Source: the human T2T-CHM13v2.0 reference genome, Homo sapiens. From it: a DNA stretch of 64,000 nucleotides. The notes below the pieces were generated by a model that saw only the letters and a program-made list of their open reading frames with translations, was not told the DNA's origin and made no database searches. Where the stretch lies: assembly GCF_009914755.1 (NCBI RefSeq), contig NC_060931.1; one strand, written 5' to 3'. A program made the position numbers and the translations under genes. Position 1 is the first letter of the stretch, and every line of letters begins with the position of its first letter. Below, piece by piece: positions 44,156 to 62,199 of this stretch.

Positions 44156-46961
44156 TTTGGAAACTAGAAAAGATATTGTTTAAGAATCTTTCACTTAAAA
44201 TGGAAATCCCAATATGTGAAATAAAATCATAATGAAAATACTGAATATAAAATTGATATAAAATATAAAATACTGAATATAAAAATTTCAATATATTACT
44301 GGAAGTCCTAGGCAGAGCAATATGGTCAAGAGAAAGACATAAGGGATCCCAGTAGGAAAGGAAGAAGTGAAACTGTCTTTATTTGCTGATGGCATGATCT
44401 TATATATGGAAAACCCTAAAGACTCCACCAAAAAACTGTTAGAACTAATAAACAAATTTGATAAAGTAGCAGGATACAAAGTAAATATACAAAAATCAGT
44501 AGCATTTCTATATACTAACAGCAAACGATCCTAAAAGAAAATTAATGTAATAATCCCATTTACAATAGCAACAAAAAAATTAAATACTTAGGTGTAATTT
44601 CAACCAGGGAGGTAAAAGACCTGTATACTGAAAACCATAAAACTCACAAAAGAAATTTAAGAAAACATCAAGAAATGGGAAGATATCCTATGTTCATGGA
44701 CTGGAAGAATTAATACTGTGAAACTAACTGTCCATACTACCCAAAGTGATCTACAGATTCAATGCAATATCTATCGAAATTCCAATGTCAATTTTCACAG
44801 AAATAAATTATCCTTAAATTTATATGGAAGCACAGAAGACATCAAACAGCCGAAACAACCTTGAGCAAAAAGAACAATGCTGGATGCATCACCCTGTCTG
44901 ATTTCAAAACATTACAAAATGATTGTAATCAAAATAGTATGGTACTGGCACCAAAAAAAAAAAAACCATACATCTGGACAGGCATGGTGGTTCACACTTG
45001 TAATGCCAGCACTTGGGTAGGCTGAGGCAGGCAGACTGCTTGAGCCCAGAGTCTGAAACCAGCCTGGGCAACATGGTGAAACCCCGTCTCTACTAAAAAT
45101 ACGAAAATAAGCCAGGGGTGGTAGTGAACACCTGTAGTCCCAGGTACTCAAGAGGCTGAGGTGGGTGGACGGCTCCAGCTCAGAAGACAGAGGTTGCAGA
45201 AAGCCAAGATCACACCACCGCACTCCAGCCTGGGCTACAAATACCACCCTGGCTCAAAAAACAAGAAGACACATCGACCAATGGAACAGGAATGAACTCA
45301 CGCATTTACACTAAGTTGATTTATAACAAAGATGCCAAGAAAACACAATGGGTAAAGAACTGTCTCCTCAATAAATGGCACTGAAAAAACTGTATATCCA
45401 TATGCACAAGAATAAAATCATACCCTTGTCTCACATAACACAAAAAATCAATTCAAAATAGATGAAAGTCTTATGTTTCGGATGTCAAACTATAAAACTA
45501 CTAGAATAAAACATAGGGAGAAAGTTCCATGTGGGCAATAACTTTTTGGATATGACCCTGAAAGCATAGGCAACAAAAGCAGTAATAGACAAATGGGATG
45601 GCTAAACCACCAAGCTCCTTACGGCAAATGAAAATATTAACAAAGTAAAGAGACAACCCACAGAATGGGAGAAAATATTTAATATCCAAAATATATATGG
45701 AACCCAAATAAACAGCAAGAAAACAACCTGATTAAAAAATGGGCAAAGGACCTGAACAGACATTTCTCAAAAGAACACATACAAATGGCCAACAGGTACA
45801 TGAGAAAATGTTCAGCATCACTACTCATTAGGGAAATGAAAATTAAAACAAGTATATATCACGTAACACCTGGCTATTGGCTAACACCTAACAAATGGCT
45901 ACTATTAAAAAGATGAAAGATAAGTATTGCCAAGGATACAGAAAAAATGGGAGTCCTGTACATTGCTGTGGGGGTGTCAATTAGTATAGCCATTATGGAA
46001 AATGGTAAAGAGGTTCCTCAAAAAACTAAAAATAGAATTACCATATAATCTAGTAATCACACTTCTGGGTATATATCCAAAGGAACTGAAATCAATGTCA
46101 AAAGGATATCTGCATGCCCATGCTTACTACAGCATTACTTACAATAGCCAGATATGGAATCAACCTAAGTATCCATCAATAGATGAATGGATAAAGAAAA
46201 CATGGTATATATAAACAATGGAATACTATTCAGCCTTGAAAAGCGGGAGGATGGGGAGTGGTGGCTCATGCCTATAATCCCAGCACTTCGGGAGGCCAAG
46301 GCTGGAGGACTGCTTGAGCCCAGATATTCAAAACCAGCCTGGGCAACACAGTAAGACTCCATCTCTACATAAAATTTTAAAAATTAGCCTGGTGTGGTGA
46401 GCACACAACTGTAGTCCCAGCCACTTGGAGGCTGTGGTGGGAGGATTGCCTGAGCCCAGGAAGTTGAGACTGCAGTGAGTTGTGAGCATGGCACTGTACT
46501 CCAGCCTGGGCAACAGAGTGACACCCTTTCAAAGAAAAAAAAAAAGAGAGAGAAAGAGAAAGAAAGGAAGGAAAGAAAAAAAGGAAAGAAGGAAGGAAGG
46601 AAGGGAAGGAGGGAGGGACGAAGGGAGAGAAGGAAGGAAAAAAGAGGGAGGGAAGGGGAGGTAGAAAAAGAGGGGGAGGGGAAGGGAAGGGAGGCAGGGA
46701 GGGGAGGGGAAGGGGATTAAGGAAGAGTGGGGAGAGAGAGAGAGAGAGAAGCGGGAGGGACCTGTCATCTGCAACAACTCAGATGAATCTAGAGGATATC
46801 ATGCTAAGTGAAATAATCCAGGCACAGAAAGACAAATACGGCATGATCTCACTTATATGTAGAATCTAAAAAAGTTGAACTAAAAGAACCAGTAGTAGAG
46901 TGATGGTAACCAGACACTCGGAGAAGGTAAGGCAGGAAGAAGGAAATAGTAAGTTGTTGGT

Positions 46962-47143
46962 CAAAGGATATGAAGATTGAGATAGGAGGAATAGGTTTTG
47001 AGATATACTACATAGTAGGGTGACCTATATTTTAAAATAACAATTTGGTGCAAAGGATACGAAGGTTGAGACAGGAGGAATAGGTTTTGAGATACAGTGC
47101 ATAGCAGGGTGACCTATATTTTAAAATAACTATTAGTTTGGTG
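46962..47143. repeat. ~90-bp tandem duplication (46962-47050 / 47051-47143)
   Basis: About 8 substitutions plus a 4-nt indel between copies. Confidence 0.92.
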
Positions 47144-47211
47144 CAAAAGTGATTGTGGTTCTGCCATTAAAAGTAATGGCAAAAACCGCAATCACTTTTG
47201 CACCAACTTAA
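47133..47211. mobile_element. MADE1 (Hsmar1-derived MITE)
   Basis: Near-perfect ~80-bp palindrome ttagtttggtgcaaaagtgattgtggtt...aaccgcaatcacttttgcaccaacttaa preceded by TA. Confidence 0.95.
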
Positions 47212-47796
47212 GAGTAAATTTCAAGTAACAAATGAGAGTTAATCAAGGTAATGGATGTTAATTTACTTGATTCAATCATTCCACTTTGCATTCATGAATT
47301 GAAACATCACACTGTACTCATAAATGTACAATTAGGATTTGCCAATCAAAAATAACATTCAAAAATAATAAATGTATCATGAATCATTTTAGATAAAATG
47401 TATATGTTCTGAGAAAAATATAACATGAGAAAATTGGTACAAGATGAAACAGACAGCTGAATAGAAAAAAATTTGGAAGTGGGGAGCAAATTTATGGAAT
47501 ACATATTCCAAGAAAAAAAATCTTTGAATTGAACTGGTAATGACTTCATTTTCTAGAAGAAACCCCACAGACCCATGTAATTTTATGACAGTTACTTCAG
47601 ACCTACATGGAGTCAATTCCTGTCTTAAACTAGCTGTTCCAGAAAATAAGAAAACTGAAAGATGCCTCACACACGAGGCTAGTGTAATTTTGTCTCCAAA
47701 ACTAGGACATTACAATATTACAAAAATTCATATTGCTTATGAACATAAACAAAATATTAGCTAACTAAAACCCAACAGCATGTTTAAAAAATGTCA

Positions 47797-47864
47797 TAAT
47801 CAAGTAATGTTTATTGAAAGTAATCGAGTAATGTTTATTGCAAGTAATCAAGTAATGCTTACTG
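47797..47864. repeat. 24-bp minisatellite, ~2.8 copies
   Basis: taatcaagtaatgtttattgaaag / taatcgagtaatgtttattgcaag / taatcaagtaatgcttactg. Confidence 0.88.
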
Positions 47865-47869
47865 CCTTC

Positions 47870-49490
<1,621 letters not shown>

Positions 49491-49491
49491 C

Positions 49492-49821
<330 letters not shown>

Positions 49822-50570
49822 CTATTTTAAGGAAACTGTGGGACAGAGAGATAAAAATGAATAAATAAAGGTCAAAAAGTCGGAGCTTGGAATAAACACC
49901 AAGTCTGTATTTACAGTATGCTGGCTTTCTCAGTGTACATTCACTCTGTCCTGTCTAATGAAAATAACAGTGGTAGTGGTAGTATAGCCCAGGATAAATA
50001 AATAACAATGGCATTGCTTATTAATCTACCTCAAGGTTATTTTTCCATGTGGCATGAGCATCAATCTACCTATATTTTTTACATGGATAGCCAATTATTG
50101 AGTGACCTATTCTTTTCCACTGATAGGCCATGATTATTATAAATGAAATTATCATATATTCATGAGTAGCTTTTAACTTTCATTCTCTGTACAAGTATTA
50201 GATGAGGACTAACAGTGACAGTGTGCTACTCACAGGTGACAAAAAGATAAGTCAGTCAGGCATACTGTGTCCTTAAGATCTGCAGAAGAACCAAGCAAGA
50301 AGGTTAAGAACTACAATGGGTTCCCGAAGTAGGCCTAGAGGATACAGAGGCACAGAATACTTTCAGAAGGCTCTCAGGCACCTGCTCTAAACTAGCAAAT
50401 ATTCTGCATTCTGTACCTCTCAATACCACATATGCATTACACCATTTCTAATCTCTATATAACACATAGCAAAAAGTAAAGTTCATGGTAGTATCAAACT
50501 ACAAAAATTTAAGCAGAACTTTAAATGCTTTTCAATCAACTAGAATTCATTATTCATTAAAAATATATTG

Positions 50571-50887
50571 GGCCGGGCGCGGTGACTCACGCCTGTACTC
50601 CCAACACTTTGGGAGGCCAAGGCGGGTGGATCACGAGGTCAGGAGATCAAGGCCATCCTGGCTAACACATTGAAACCCCGTCTCTACTAAAAATACAAAA
50701 AATTAGCCGGGCGTGGTGGCGGGCACCTGTAGTCCCAGCTACTCAGGAGGCTGAGGCAGAAGAATGGCGTGAACCCAGGAGGTGGAGCTTGCAGTGAGCC
50801 AAGATCGCGCCACTGCATTCCAGCCTGGGCAACAGAGCGAGACTCCGCCTCAAAAAAAAAAAAAAAAAAGAAAAAAGAAAAAAAAAT
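50571..50887 (+). mobile_element. AluY
   Basis: agaatggcgtgaaccc, ggagcttgcagtgag diagnostics. Confidence 0.93.
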
Positions 50888-50889
50888 TT

Positions 50890-52175
50890 ATACAGCACCT
50901 AATCTCCGTCAGGAACTATTAAGTGCAGGACACAGTGTGGTGAACAAAGCCCACCAACAAAGTGCGTGTCTTCAGAGTTCACATGACAGTCAAATGAACT
51001 GTTGGAAAATAATAAGTGCCACAAAGAAAAATAAAGCAGGTTACTATGTAAAATATGGTGGGAGCTGCTGTTTTCTTTTCCATCCTACTCCTTTATTTTG
51101 AAAATGTTCAAACCTCCCAAAAAATATTGGAGGAGGAGGAGAGGACTACAGTATAACAAACACCAGTGTGTTCTTTCGTTGATTCACATTGTATGTTCTT
51201 TTTCCTAAGCTGACTGAGACTAAGCTGGATGTGGCCCTTCAGAGGAGGCTAGTATTATCAGCAAGGTAGCCTCTCTGGGAGGTAAGCCAGGAGACAAGCA
51301 GAGCAAGCACCAAAGCTCTCAGACAGAAACCCCATCAGCACATTTAAAAGAGTGAGGCCAATGTGGTGAGAGCACAGTGAGTGACAAATGACATGAGAGA
51401 GGCAGTCAGGAACAGATCACACCTTGTAGACATGGTAAGTACTTGAAATTATGAATATAATTTAAATATAATAGTCATGAAAGAGAGTGGAGAGTGGGGA
51501 CCTGATTATCATTATTAGAATAATTTTTGCAACTGTGCTATAAACAAATTGGACTATGGAAAGGTAAAGAGAAGCAGAAAGACTGGTTAAAAGGCTACTA
51601 CAACTTCCAAAGGATAACAGTGACTTCAACTAAAATGTTAGGCAAGTTAAGACACTAACAAGTTGTTTGGGTTATCGAGTTGAGCTACAAGGTATGAGAA
51701 AAGATAGAAATCAAGGATTAACTTTCAAAGTTTCTGGACTAAACAACTGAGTGAATACTGGCATTATTTATTGAAATGAGGAAATCGTAGGGAGAAGCAG
51801 ATTTGGGGCAGAGGTGGAGGCAGAATCAAGCATGGTACTGGACATGTTAAGGGTGAGGTGTCTAATACACTTCCAAATAGAGACGTCAAGCAGACAGTTG
51901 GACATAAAAGTCTGGAGTTCAGGTAAAGAAGAGTAACGGAAATGAACACGTGAGACTCTTAAGGGCACACACAGAGGTTACAGCCATTAGAATGAATGAG
52001 CTTTCTTTCCCAGGGAGTGAACAGAGACAAAAAGTAGACAAGATATCTGAGGACTTATCCTTAAGAACTCCAAAATTATAAACATGTAGAGTCTCCACAG
52101 CAACTAGCAAAAGATAAAATGAGGAGTGAGATGTCCCAAAAGCAAAAGAAAGAAAATGGTTCAAGAAGATGAGAG
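50890..52175. mobile_element. L2 relic
   Basis: atcaaggattaactttcaaagtttctggactaaacaactg; ggacatgttaagggtgaggtgtcta; agtctggagttcagg. Confidence 0.7.
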
Positions 52176-52176
52176 A

Positions 52177-53153
<977 letters not shown>

Positions 53154-53495
53154 CTATCAACTTAAGTTTACAGGTAAGTATCAAAAATTAATCCTCATGC
53201 TAAATGCTCACATTTATGTCTTCTGCCAGGAACAGCACATTGGTAATATTCTGTACTGGCCTGAGGTGACTAGAGTAAAACCGTAGTGTGCTGCCCTGCT
53301 CTACAATTGCCTAAGCCCACAGATGTAACTCATCCCAACTAAACACAGAGGTATCAGCTTCAAATTTAGCTACTAAATCATAAAATCCCACCCAGATTTT
53401 CATCCTAAACTCATACTCCTTGAATTTTCTCTATAGTCATTTCACTGCTTTATTCCTGTCACTAATATCCAATCCAGCTGCATTCATTCTCTAAC

Positions 53496-53634
53496 CTGAT
53501 TTTGGCTTCTACACCAACAGAGACCAGGGAGTTTGCCGATTCCTCAGACACAGATCGCTGAAGAGTTGGAATTAGCTGTTTGCTGTTATCCACTTCTGCT
53601 TCAGCATCCTCTTCTGCAGATTGTTCTTTGATTT
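53496..53634 (-). CDS. KMT2C: KMT2C exon 3 (139 nt): (E)IKEQSAEEDAEAEVDNSKQLIPTLQRSVSEESANSLVSVGVEAKI(S)
   Basis: Acceptor tttactgttaagcag|AAATC, donor AATCAG|gttaga; ends phase 2 and joins the next exon in frame; absent from the ORF track. Confidence 0.95.
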
Positions 53635-53883
53635 CTGCTTAACAGTAAACAAGAGAAAACAAAGAGTCATTTTTGTGTTTATTTTAATCACTGGTGAATG
53701 TATCTATAAAGCATAGGTCATAATGTAAAAAGAAACAACAAATAACAATATTTCACTAACACAAGAAAAGTTCATGCACGTAATTAGTGGTATTGTGCAT
53801 CTTTATTCTCTACCGCAAAATGATTATCAAAATAATGTGAAGCATGGTATACTTTTCCTTGTGCCCAAATTATAGCTGACTCA

Positions 53884-54868
<985 letters not shown>

Positions 54869-55409
54869 TAGCAATTGGTCTACAGAACAAATGTATTTCA
54901 AAGTGACTCATTAAAAATTGCTTCACACTTTATAAAATCATCATTAAAAGACTCATCATGTATCTTAATTATTACCCATTCTAAAAGCTTAATATTTGAA
55001 AAGGACAAACCTTCACTTTATTGCCTTTTTCCATTCTCCTTGAATCCAACCCCAAACACCTTAAATGTTCTTTCTCAGGAGGCAGCCTAACAGCTGAGAG
55101 GATTTCCACACACCACTACCCCTAACATCATTCTTCTTGTTTAATAAAAATTATATGTCCACTCTGTCTGTCATGCTCTATTACTACAATGAAGGGACAT
55201 TACACCTCCCCACCAGTGCTCATGATGCAGTTCCATGCTCTTGGCTGGCTCCTTCTTTTCTAATTTGAAATTTATTTAGACCTTTCTGCATCACTAACCC
55301 CAAACAAACAAAAACATCTTAAAGTCCTTTCAAGCGCCTCTTCTCTGTCTTTCCTTTTACCACCAAATTCATGAGATGGCATGACTGAACTCTACTACCT
55401 TCCCCTTCA

Positions 55410-55862
<453 letters not shown>

Positions 55863-56045
55863 TCAAACATCCTAAAAGTTCACTTCACACCAGGATCACT
55901 TCCTCCTTAGTGAAATGATCTTCTATCTTTTATAAGCACAGAGATATAATAGTCTAATATCTATCTCTTCAGCTGATTTCCTTTAGACCTCTAAATATAG
56001 GTACAGCCCTCTATACATCCTTTATATACTCCTGGGGTTGGGTGG

Positions 56046-56321
56046 TTGTTTTTGTTTTTGAGAAAAGGACTCACTCTGTCGCCCATGCTGGAGTGCAGTA
56101 GTATGATCATTCGCATTCTTGGGCTCAAGAATCCTCCCACCTCAGCCTCCCAAGCAGCTGGGACCACAGGCACATGTCACCACATTCTTTTTCATTTTTT
56201 TGTAGAGATGGGGGTCTCACTATGTTGCCCAGGCTAGTCTCAAACTCCTGGCCTCAAATCATCCTCCTGCCTTGGCCTCCCAAAGTGCCAAGAATACAGG
56301 CATGAGTCACTACTCCCAGCC
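56046..56321 (-). mobile_element. AluJ
   Basis: Diverged antisense dimer. Confidence 0.9.
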
Positions 56322-57068
56322 TATAAGCTCCTCTTTGAAGAACTTATTATCCACATTTCAACAATTTCCTCTGGACTTTATGATTTGTAAGTCAACATCT
56401 CTAGCACTAACTCCTCTCCTGAGTTCCACACCATATTTTAACTATACACTAGACATACTTAGCAGCTTGAACACTAAATTTCACACAAAACTTTATCTCT
56501 TATCGCTCAGATTAGCACTTCAATCTGACTTCCCTCTTTAAAAAAAGAAAACTATCTTCTACATTCAAAATGAATTTTAGAAAAGTATTTTGAAAAACAA
56601 TTTGTATAACTATTCTTGGGTAGTTAGAAAAAACTACAAATAATTGTAAATCCTATCAAATCATAAAACTAATGATAACATGAAGCATCAAACAGATGGT
56701 TTTGGTTTTCATACTTAAAATAACATGTTTCTTTTCTTTTTTAAAAAATTGAAATAGAAAAGCTGACCTTAAATTAAGTGTTTATACAGTCTATCAATCA
56801 AGGTGTCCTGTCTATCCCGAGACAAAATTGATAAAGTATCTAGAATCAAATCTACAAATACGTAAGCTTGTATTCAAAAGGAATAATAAAATGAAAATTT
56901 ACATTTCTATGTGACAAATGACCTCATGAACAAAATGAATGTGTCACAGATGAGAGAAAATAAATACAATTTGAATCCCCCCCCAAAAAAAAAGGTATTC
57001 AGATCAAGAATAGCTAAATAACTCCAAAGATGAACAAGGCACATAAACCTGTAGAACGTAGACAAAGG

Positions 57069-57367
57069 GGCCGGGTGCGGTGGCTCACGCCTGTAATCCC
57101 AGCACTTTGGGAGGCCAAGGCAGGCAGATCACCTGAGGTCAGGAGTTCGAGACCAGCCTCAACATGGAGAAACCCCATCTCTACTAAAAATACAGAATTA
57201 GCCGGGCGAGGTGGTGCGTGCCTGTAATCCCAGCTATTCAGAAGGCTGAGGCAGGAGAATTGCTTGAACTTGGGAGGCGGAGGTTGCGGTGAGCCGAGAT
57301 CATGCCATTGCACTCAAGCCTGGGCAACAAGAGCAAAACTCCGTCTCAAAAAAAGAAAGAAAGAAAG
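57069..57367 (+). mobile_element. AluS (Sp-like)
   Basis: catggagaaacc diagnostic; TSD gtagacaaagg. Confidence 0.93.
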
Positions 57368-57379
57368 TAGACAAAGGAC

Positions 57380-57840
57380 AAAATCCATACTCTTCATCTT
57401 CTATGCTTTCCAAGTTTTAGTAGGACACATAACTGCTCAGCTAGAGACTTTATTCCCCAACCCTCTTTGCAGCAAACCATGGCAAGTTCTCACCGAGAGA
57501 ATATGACCAGAAGCAACTGCGCAACCTCATCATCTAAAAGGAAGTGAGCTGCTCTTCACTAAATTATAGTCCCCTTTCCTACAGACTGGAATGGACATGA
57601 CAGCAACCCAGTCGCAATGCTGCCAATGAGGCGCAATGCTCCAGGTGATGGCAGAGAGACAAGACAGAAGAAACCTGGGTCAACAAACAATAATATGGAG
57701 CAAAAGACAACTCATCAGCCTATACCTCTCCATCCTCAGAAATATTACATGAGAGAAGATCAATTTGTTTTATTTAAGCCACTGCTATATTTTGGGGTCT
57801 CTGTTACAGCAGTTTAACCCATGCCCTAATTAACACAGAA
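57380..57840 (+). mobile_element. Old MLT1 LTR relic
   Basis: agacagaagaaacctgggtc; tttaagccactgctatattttggggtctctgttacagcag. Confidence 0.7.
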
Positions 57841-59903
57841 AACTGGTATTAAAGAGTGAAGAATTGCCGTAACAAAATCTTCAAGTGGCTTGATCAGGCC
57901 GTGAAACACTGATAATGGAGTCTGAAAATCAACTGACCCTTTTTAGGCTATATTAAAATATTTAATATAGCTATGACCTACAACAATTTGGAATGTAGAC
58001 TGTACCTACAGAGCCTGTAGCTCTAGGCAAAGCATCTGGAATGACCCAAAGGGTATTCTGTGTTGCCTCTCTCTAGTATTTTTACAGCCAAAGATAGAAA
58101 AGAATACAGTTCTGCTAGAGAGACTCTCTCTGCCTGCCTATTATATTCAAAGTACTATAAAATTATCACATATATAAATACCTGTATGAAAGCATTTCAT
58201 TTCTACTCAGAGAGTCCCAGAATACATTTTGGGATATACCCATTTTATACCATTCTTACTACTGGGTAACAAGAAAGGGGAAGAGAAAAATAAGTGACAA
58301 ACTTAAGGAGGAATAAGAATAGTGCCTTCAGAAACTTACCAACAATGAGCCAAATGGCCCAGGGTCGCAAATCATTACATTACCCTGAAAACACATTTTT
58401 TCCTGGAGCCAGATCCATTTGTCTCCACTCCCAAGCTGTGCTCTCTCCAATCCAGTATGACTTGTCTGCTTCCTTTTACTATGCTGCTATCTACCATATA
58501 TGACCTCCAGTCAAAAATTTCCTTCTCCTAGCGAAGTATATAACAGTTTCAGCTTTTTCCTTATTTTTATCCCCAAAAAAGAAAATACATAGCACTTTTA
58601 TTATTTTTAGGGGAGTTTTATTGCTTACAGCTAAGGGAAAAGAAGCAGGACAATGTCTATCTCTCCCTCAAATAAGAGCCAGAAGGAAATAGAAAAGTTA
58701 AACGTTAATGTTACTGGTTGGCCAGTAGGTTTGCAGGTATACAACCTTTTGAAATTATGTTTCCTGCATTTCAAAGAGAAAAAAACAGATTCAGACTATA
58801 GGGTTTTTTTGTTTTTTTTTTGTTTTTTAAGAAATAGGATCGGCACCAGATCTGATCCCATAAAGCAGGTAAGAAGACAGGCTTTCAGAGTTCATCCTGT
58901 TCTCTTTTCTCCTCTAGCTATTATTATTACTGGCTCTGCCCATGATTCTAACTTGGATCTGCTAAAGAAACAGTAGGGAGCGATAGTTTTGGTTTTACTT
59001 TTGGTTTAGATTTTGTTGTTTCAGTCTTGTGTTCTTTAACAAATAAAGAGGACTCTATGACTGCTTCCTAGATAGCAGTAATTCCTGCCACAAAATAGGA
59101 ACAAACAACAAAAAAGGTATCACTAAATATTTGATACTTCAGGTAATAACAGAAGCTGTCTTTAACTGTCACTCTTCATTTGGTAGACTATGTTAGATCT
59201 TAGTATCTGTCAAAGTCAAGGCAGGACAACTGAGTGTTTATGTCTCTCTCTCTTCTCCTAATCCTAGTCTTCAAACAATTGTCAGAGTTTGGCAGCAGAA
59301 TGTGAAACAGACTGCTCTGGATAAAAATGATGTCAACCAGGGATCCAACCAGAGATGTCATCCAGAGATGCTCTGGATGAAATGGCTACAAACCCAGTGA
59401 TATCTGAGGAAATATGCCTGATGCCAGTACTTAATTATCTCCAGTTTATTATTAAAAATGTACTCTTGAATACTATCCTATGCTTTGCCTAAAGAAAGAA
59501 GCTAGCCATTCAACCAATAAAACAGTCCAGGTTTGGCGACTCCACCACTTTGCAGAGTTTTTGCCTTTCATGAGGTCCAATTAGCTCAAACTGCCTGCAA
59601 GCCAAACTGTGGAAATTGGAGCAGACATTTAAAAAATTACATTGCATTTTTAAAAATTCAGTGTGGTATTTTTCTTGAATATAAAATCCCTAATATATCT
59701 TTTCCCTTACTTTGAACCTGACCTAAAATACAGGCAATGACACTTGGTCACAAAATGCACCAAAGTCAGAAAGGTGGGGACAACTGCAACCCTGGGATAA
59801 GGACAGGCAAGGCGATTTCATCTGTAGCCACTATCTACGGATAATCTCCATCCACTAGGTGGCACATGTACAGTGGTAAACTATACTAAGGAACCTAATC
59901 ATT

Positions 59904-60183
59904 GACCTGGCGTGGTGGCTCAAGCCTGTAATCCCAGCACTTTGGGAAGCAGGAGGATCACTTAAGCCCAGAAGTTCAAGACCAGCCTGGGCAACATGGC
60001 AAAAGCAAAAAAAATTCAGCCGGCCTTGGTGGCACACACCAGTAGACCCAGCTATTCAGGAGGCTGAGGTGGAAGAATCACTTGAGCCTGGGAGGCAGAG
60101 GTTGCAGCTGCACCAAGATCACACCACTGCACTCCATCCTGGGTGACAGAGCAAGTCCCTGTCTCAACAACAACAATAAAAAA
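59904..60183 (+). mobile_element. AluJ
   Basis: Diverged dimer; TSD gaacctaatca. Confidence 0.9.
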
Positions 60184-60439
60184 GAGAACCTAATCACATG
60201 TAAGTAGATTCCTAAGAGAACTTGAAGACAATGTGCACTTCATTAAATAGCATCAGCTATGTGCCAGGCATTATCTCTGGGGATGCAAAGATAAATTAGA
60301 TCTAACCCTTTCCCTTAAATAAGTTCATAACATACCCTCTTTTAAACCTTTACTTTTCCACCTCCAATGACTCTAATTTATCCTACACAAATTGGTTCTA
60401 AGACATGAGAAAGTTTAATAGCAAAAGGTGTCTGCTGTG

Positions 60440-60660
60440 TTAGTTAAAACCAAAGGCTTGGAATCCAATGGTTCCGAGTCTGCATTCTAGCTCTGCCATC
60501 TGCTAGCAATGTGACCTTTGGCAAGTTACTTAACTTCATCTCAATTTTACTTTGCTCGTCATTTAAGACAGACAATACCACCTAGTATAAAACTGTCTTT
60601 ATGATCCAAAAATAAAAAAAAAAGAACGCATGAAAAGCACTTAGCTCAACGTCTTAAGTG
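60440..60660 (+). mobile_element. MIR
   Basis: Core ctagctctgccatctgctagcaatgtgacctttggcaagttacttaac. Confidence 0.8.
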
Positions 60661-60751
60661 TAGTGATGTAGCTGCTATTCTGATGACCTCTATCTACATT
60701 CACACACTATAGTCTATGGATTCACTTGTCCACCTCACTTATACAACTTGA

Positions 60752-61052
60752 TTTTTTTTTTTTTTTTTAAAGACAGAGTCTCGCTCTGCCGCCCAGGCTG
60801 GAGTGCAGTGGCGCGATCTCAGCTCACTGAAAGCTCTGCCTCCCAGGTTCACGCCATTCTCCTGCCTCAGCCTCCCAAGTAGCTGGGACTACAGGCGCCC
60901 GGCACCACACCTGGCTAATTTTTTGTATTTTTTTAGTAGAGACGGGGTTTCACTGTGTTAGCCAGGATGGTCACGATCTCCTGACCTCGTGATCCGCTTG
61001 CCTCAGCCTCCCAAAGTGCTGGGATTACAGGCATGAGCCACCGTGCCCAGCC
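60752..61052 (-). mobile_element. AluY
   Basis: aagctctgcctcccaggttcacgccattctc; gttagccaggatggtc. Confidence 0.94.
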
Positions 61053-62199
61053 CTCACCTACTCAATTTCTAACTCTTGATGTCACATCATGAATTATTAA
61101 ATTGCATTATGAGAATTAATGAGAATAAAGAAGACATTTATTTAGCCCCCTCCGATCTATGCTCCAGAGTTAATATATCATTAATTTAGAATGGTTATTT
61201 ACCAAACAAAATTTTGAGTAACAAGTACATACTATAATTTCTATTCAAATGGTAGTCATTACAAAGATAGTCAAGATCCCTACGTTTAATGGATCTAGAT
61301 GAAAGACTGAAAATAAAAATAGGACACAATAATGATGATGCTGGTAAGCACATGGCATGATGGGAGTTAAGGGGAAGAGGTGGGGAATACAGCTCAGAAA
61401 GGCTTCAGAAAGGTATTAGAAGCCCAGCTAAAACTAAAAGGATAAATCAAAGTGTGCCTAATAGTTCTCTCTCAAGTTTTCTCTTTTAAAAAAAGAATAA
61501 CATCTAACATATTTTCTTCATTCAAAAGATAAGGAAACTAAAATCTGAAAGTTAATTACAAGCTCAAGATCACAAAGCTAATAGGAAACAAAGCTGGGAT
61601 ACAAAATCGGGTTGTGTAACTCTAAAGCCTGATGTGCTCTTTTCACTACTTCCACCGCCTGGCAGAGCATCAAAGTGTAGCATGTAAGTTTTATAAATAC
61701 ATCAATATTAAAGAGAAATGTTAACAGTCTTACTAGGACCATGTTACTGAGGGATCACTTACTGAATATAAACACTATGAGATAACTAAAAATACTCTTT
61801 TTTAAGCACTGCTGAATAAAATTATGAAGTGGACAGAACATTTATCTCACAGCCAAGTTCACAGAAATAAAGCATTTTGATTTTGAACAATTACAAAAGT
61901 ATTTCCCTCAAAGGTTAAATACTTCTTTGAAAGGACTGTGTGTAGCCTACAAATATACTGAACAAACTTACCAACACTGATAGCATAACAGGCTATGTCA
62001 AAAATATTTTAGAGGTCAATTTTGGACTCCCTTATCAATATATTAGTATATTCTTTCAAAGCGTCCTACTTTTTCAATGGATTTTTAAAGTTTACTCACT
62101 CAAGGGTTATAGGATTTTAGAGGGAGAAATTACTTCTTTATTTTTACTAACCTCTAATTTTTATTCACTTCCAAAATTTAGAATTCTAAGAAAATATTA

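Larger units (their letters stand above)
44290..47370 (+). mobile_element. L1MA-type 3' half (RT C-terminus to 3'UTR) with nested Alus (44975-45262, 46248-46544) and purine tract 46545-46760
   Basis: ggaagaagtgaaactgtctttatttgctgatggcatgatc (SLFADGM); ORF 46002..46214 LKKLKIELPYNLVITLLGIYPKELKS; gctaagtgaaataatccaggcacagaaagacaaatac. Confidence 0.92.

Noticed and set aside
59325-59408. Possible C/D-box snoRNA (atgatgt ... ctga)
   Set aside because: Imperfect C box, no terminal stem, and antisense to the host transcript
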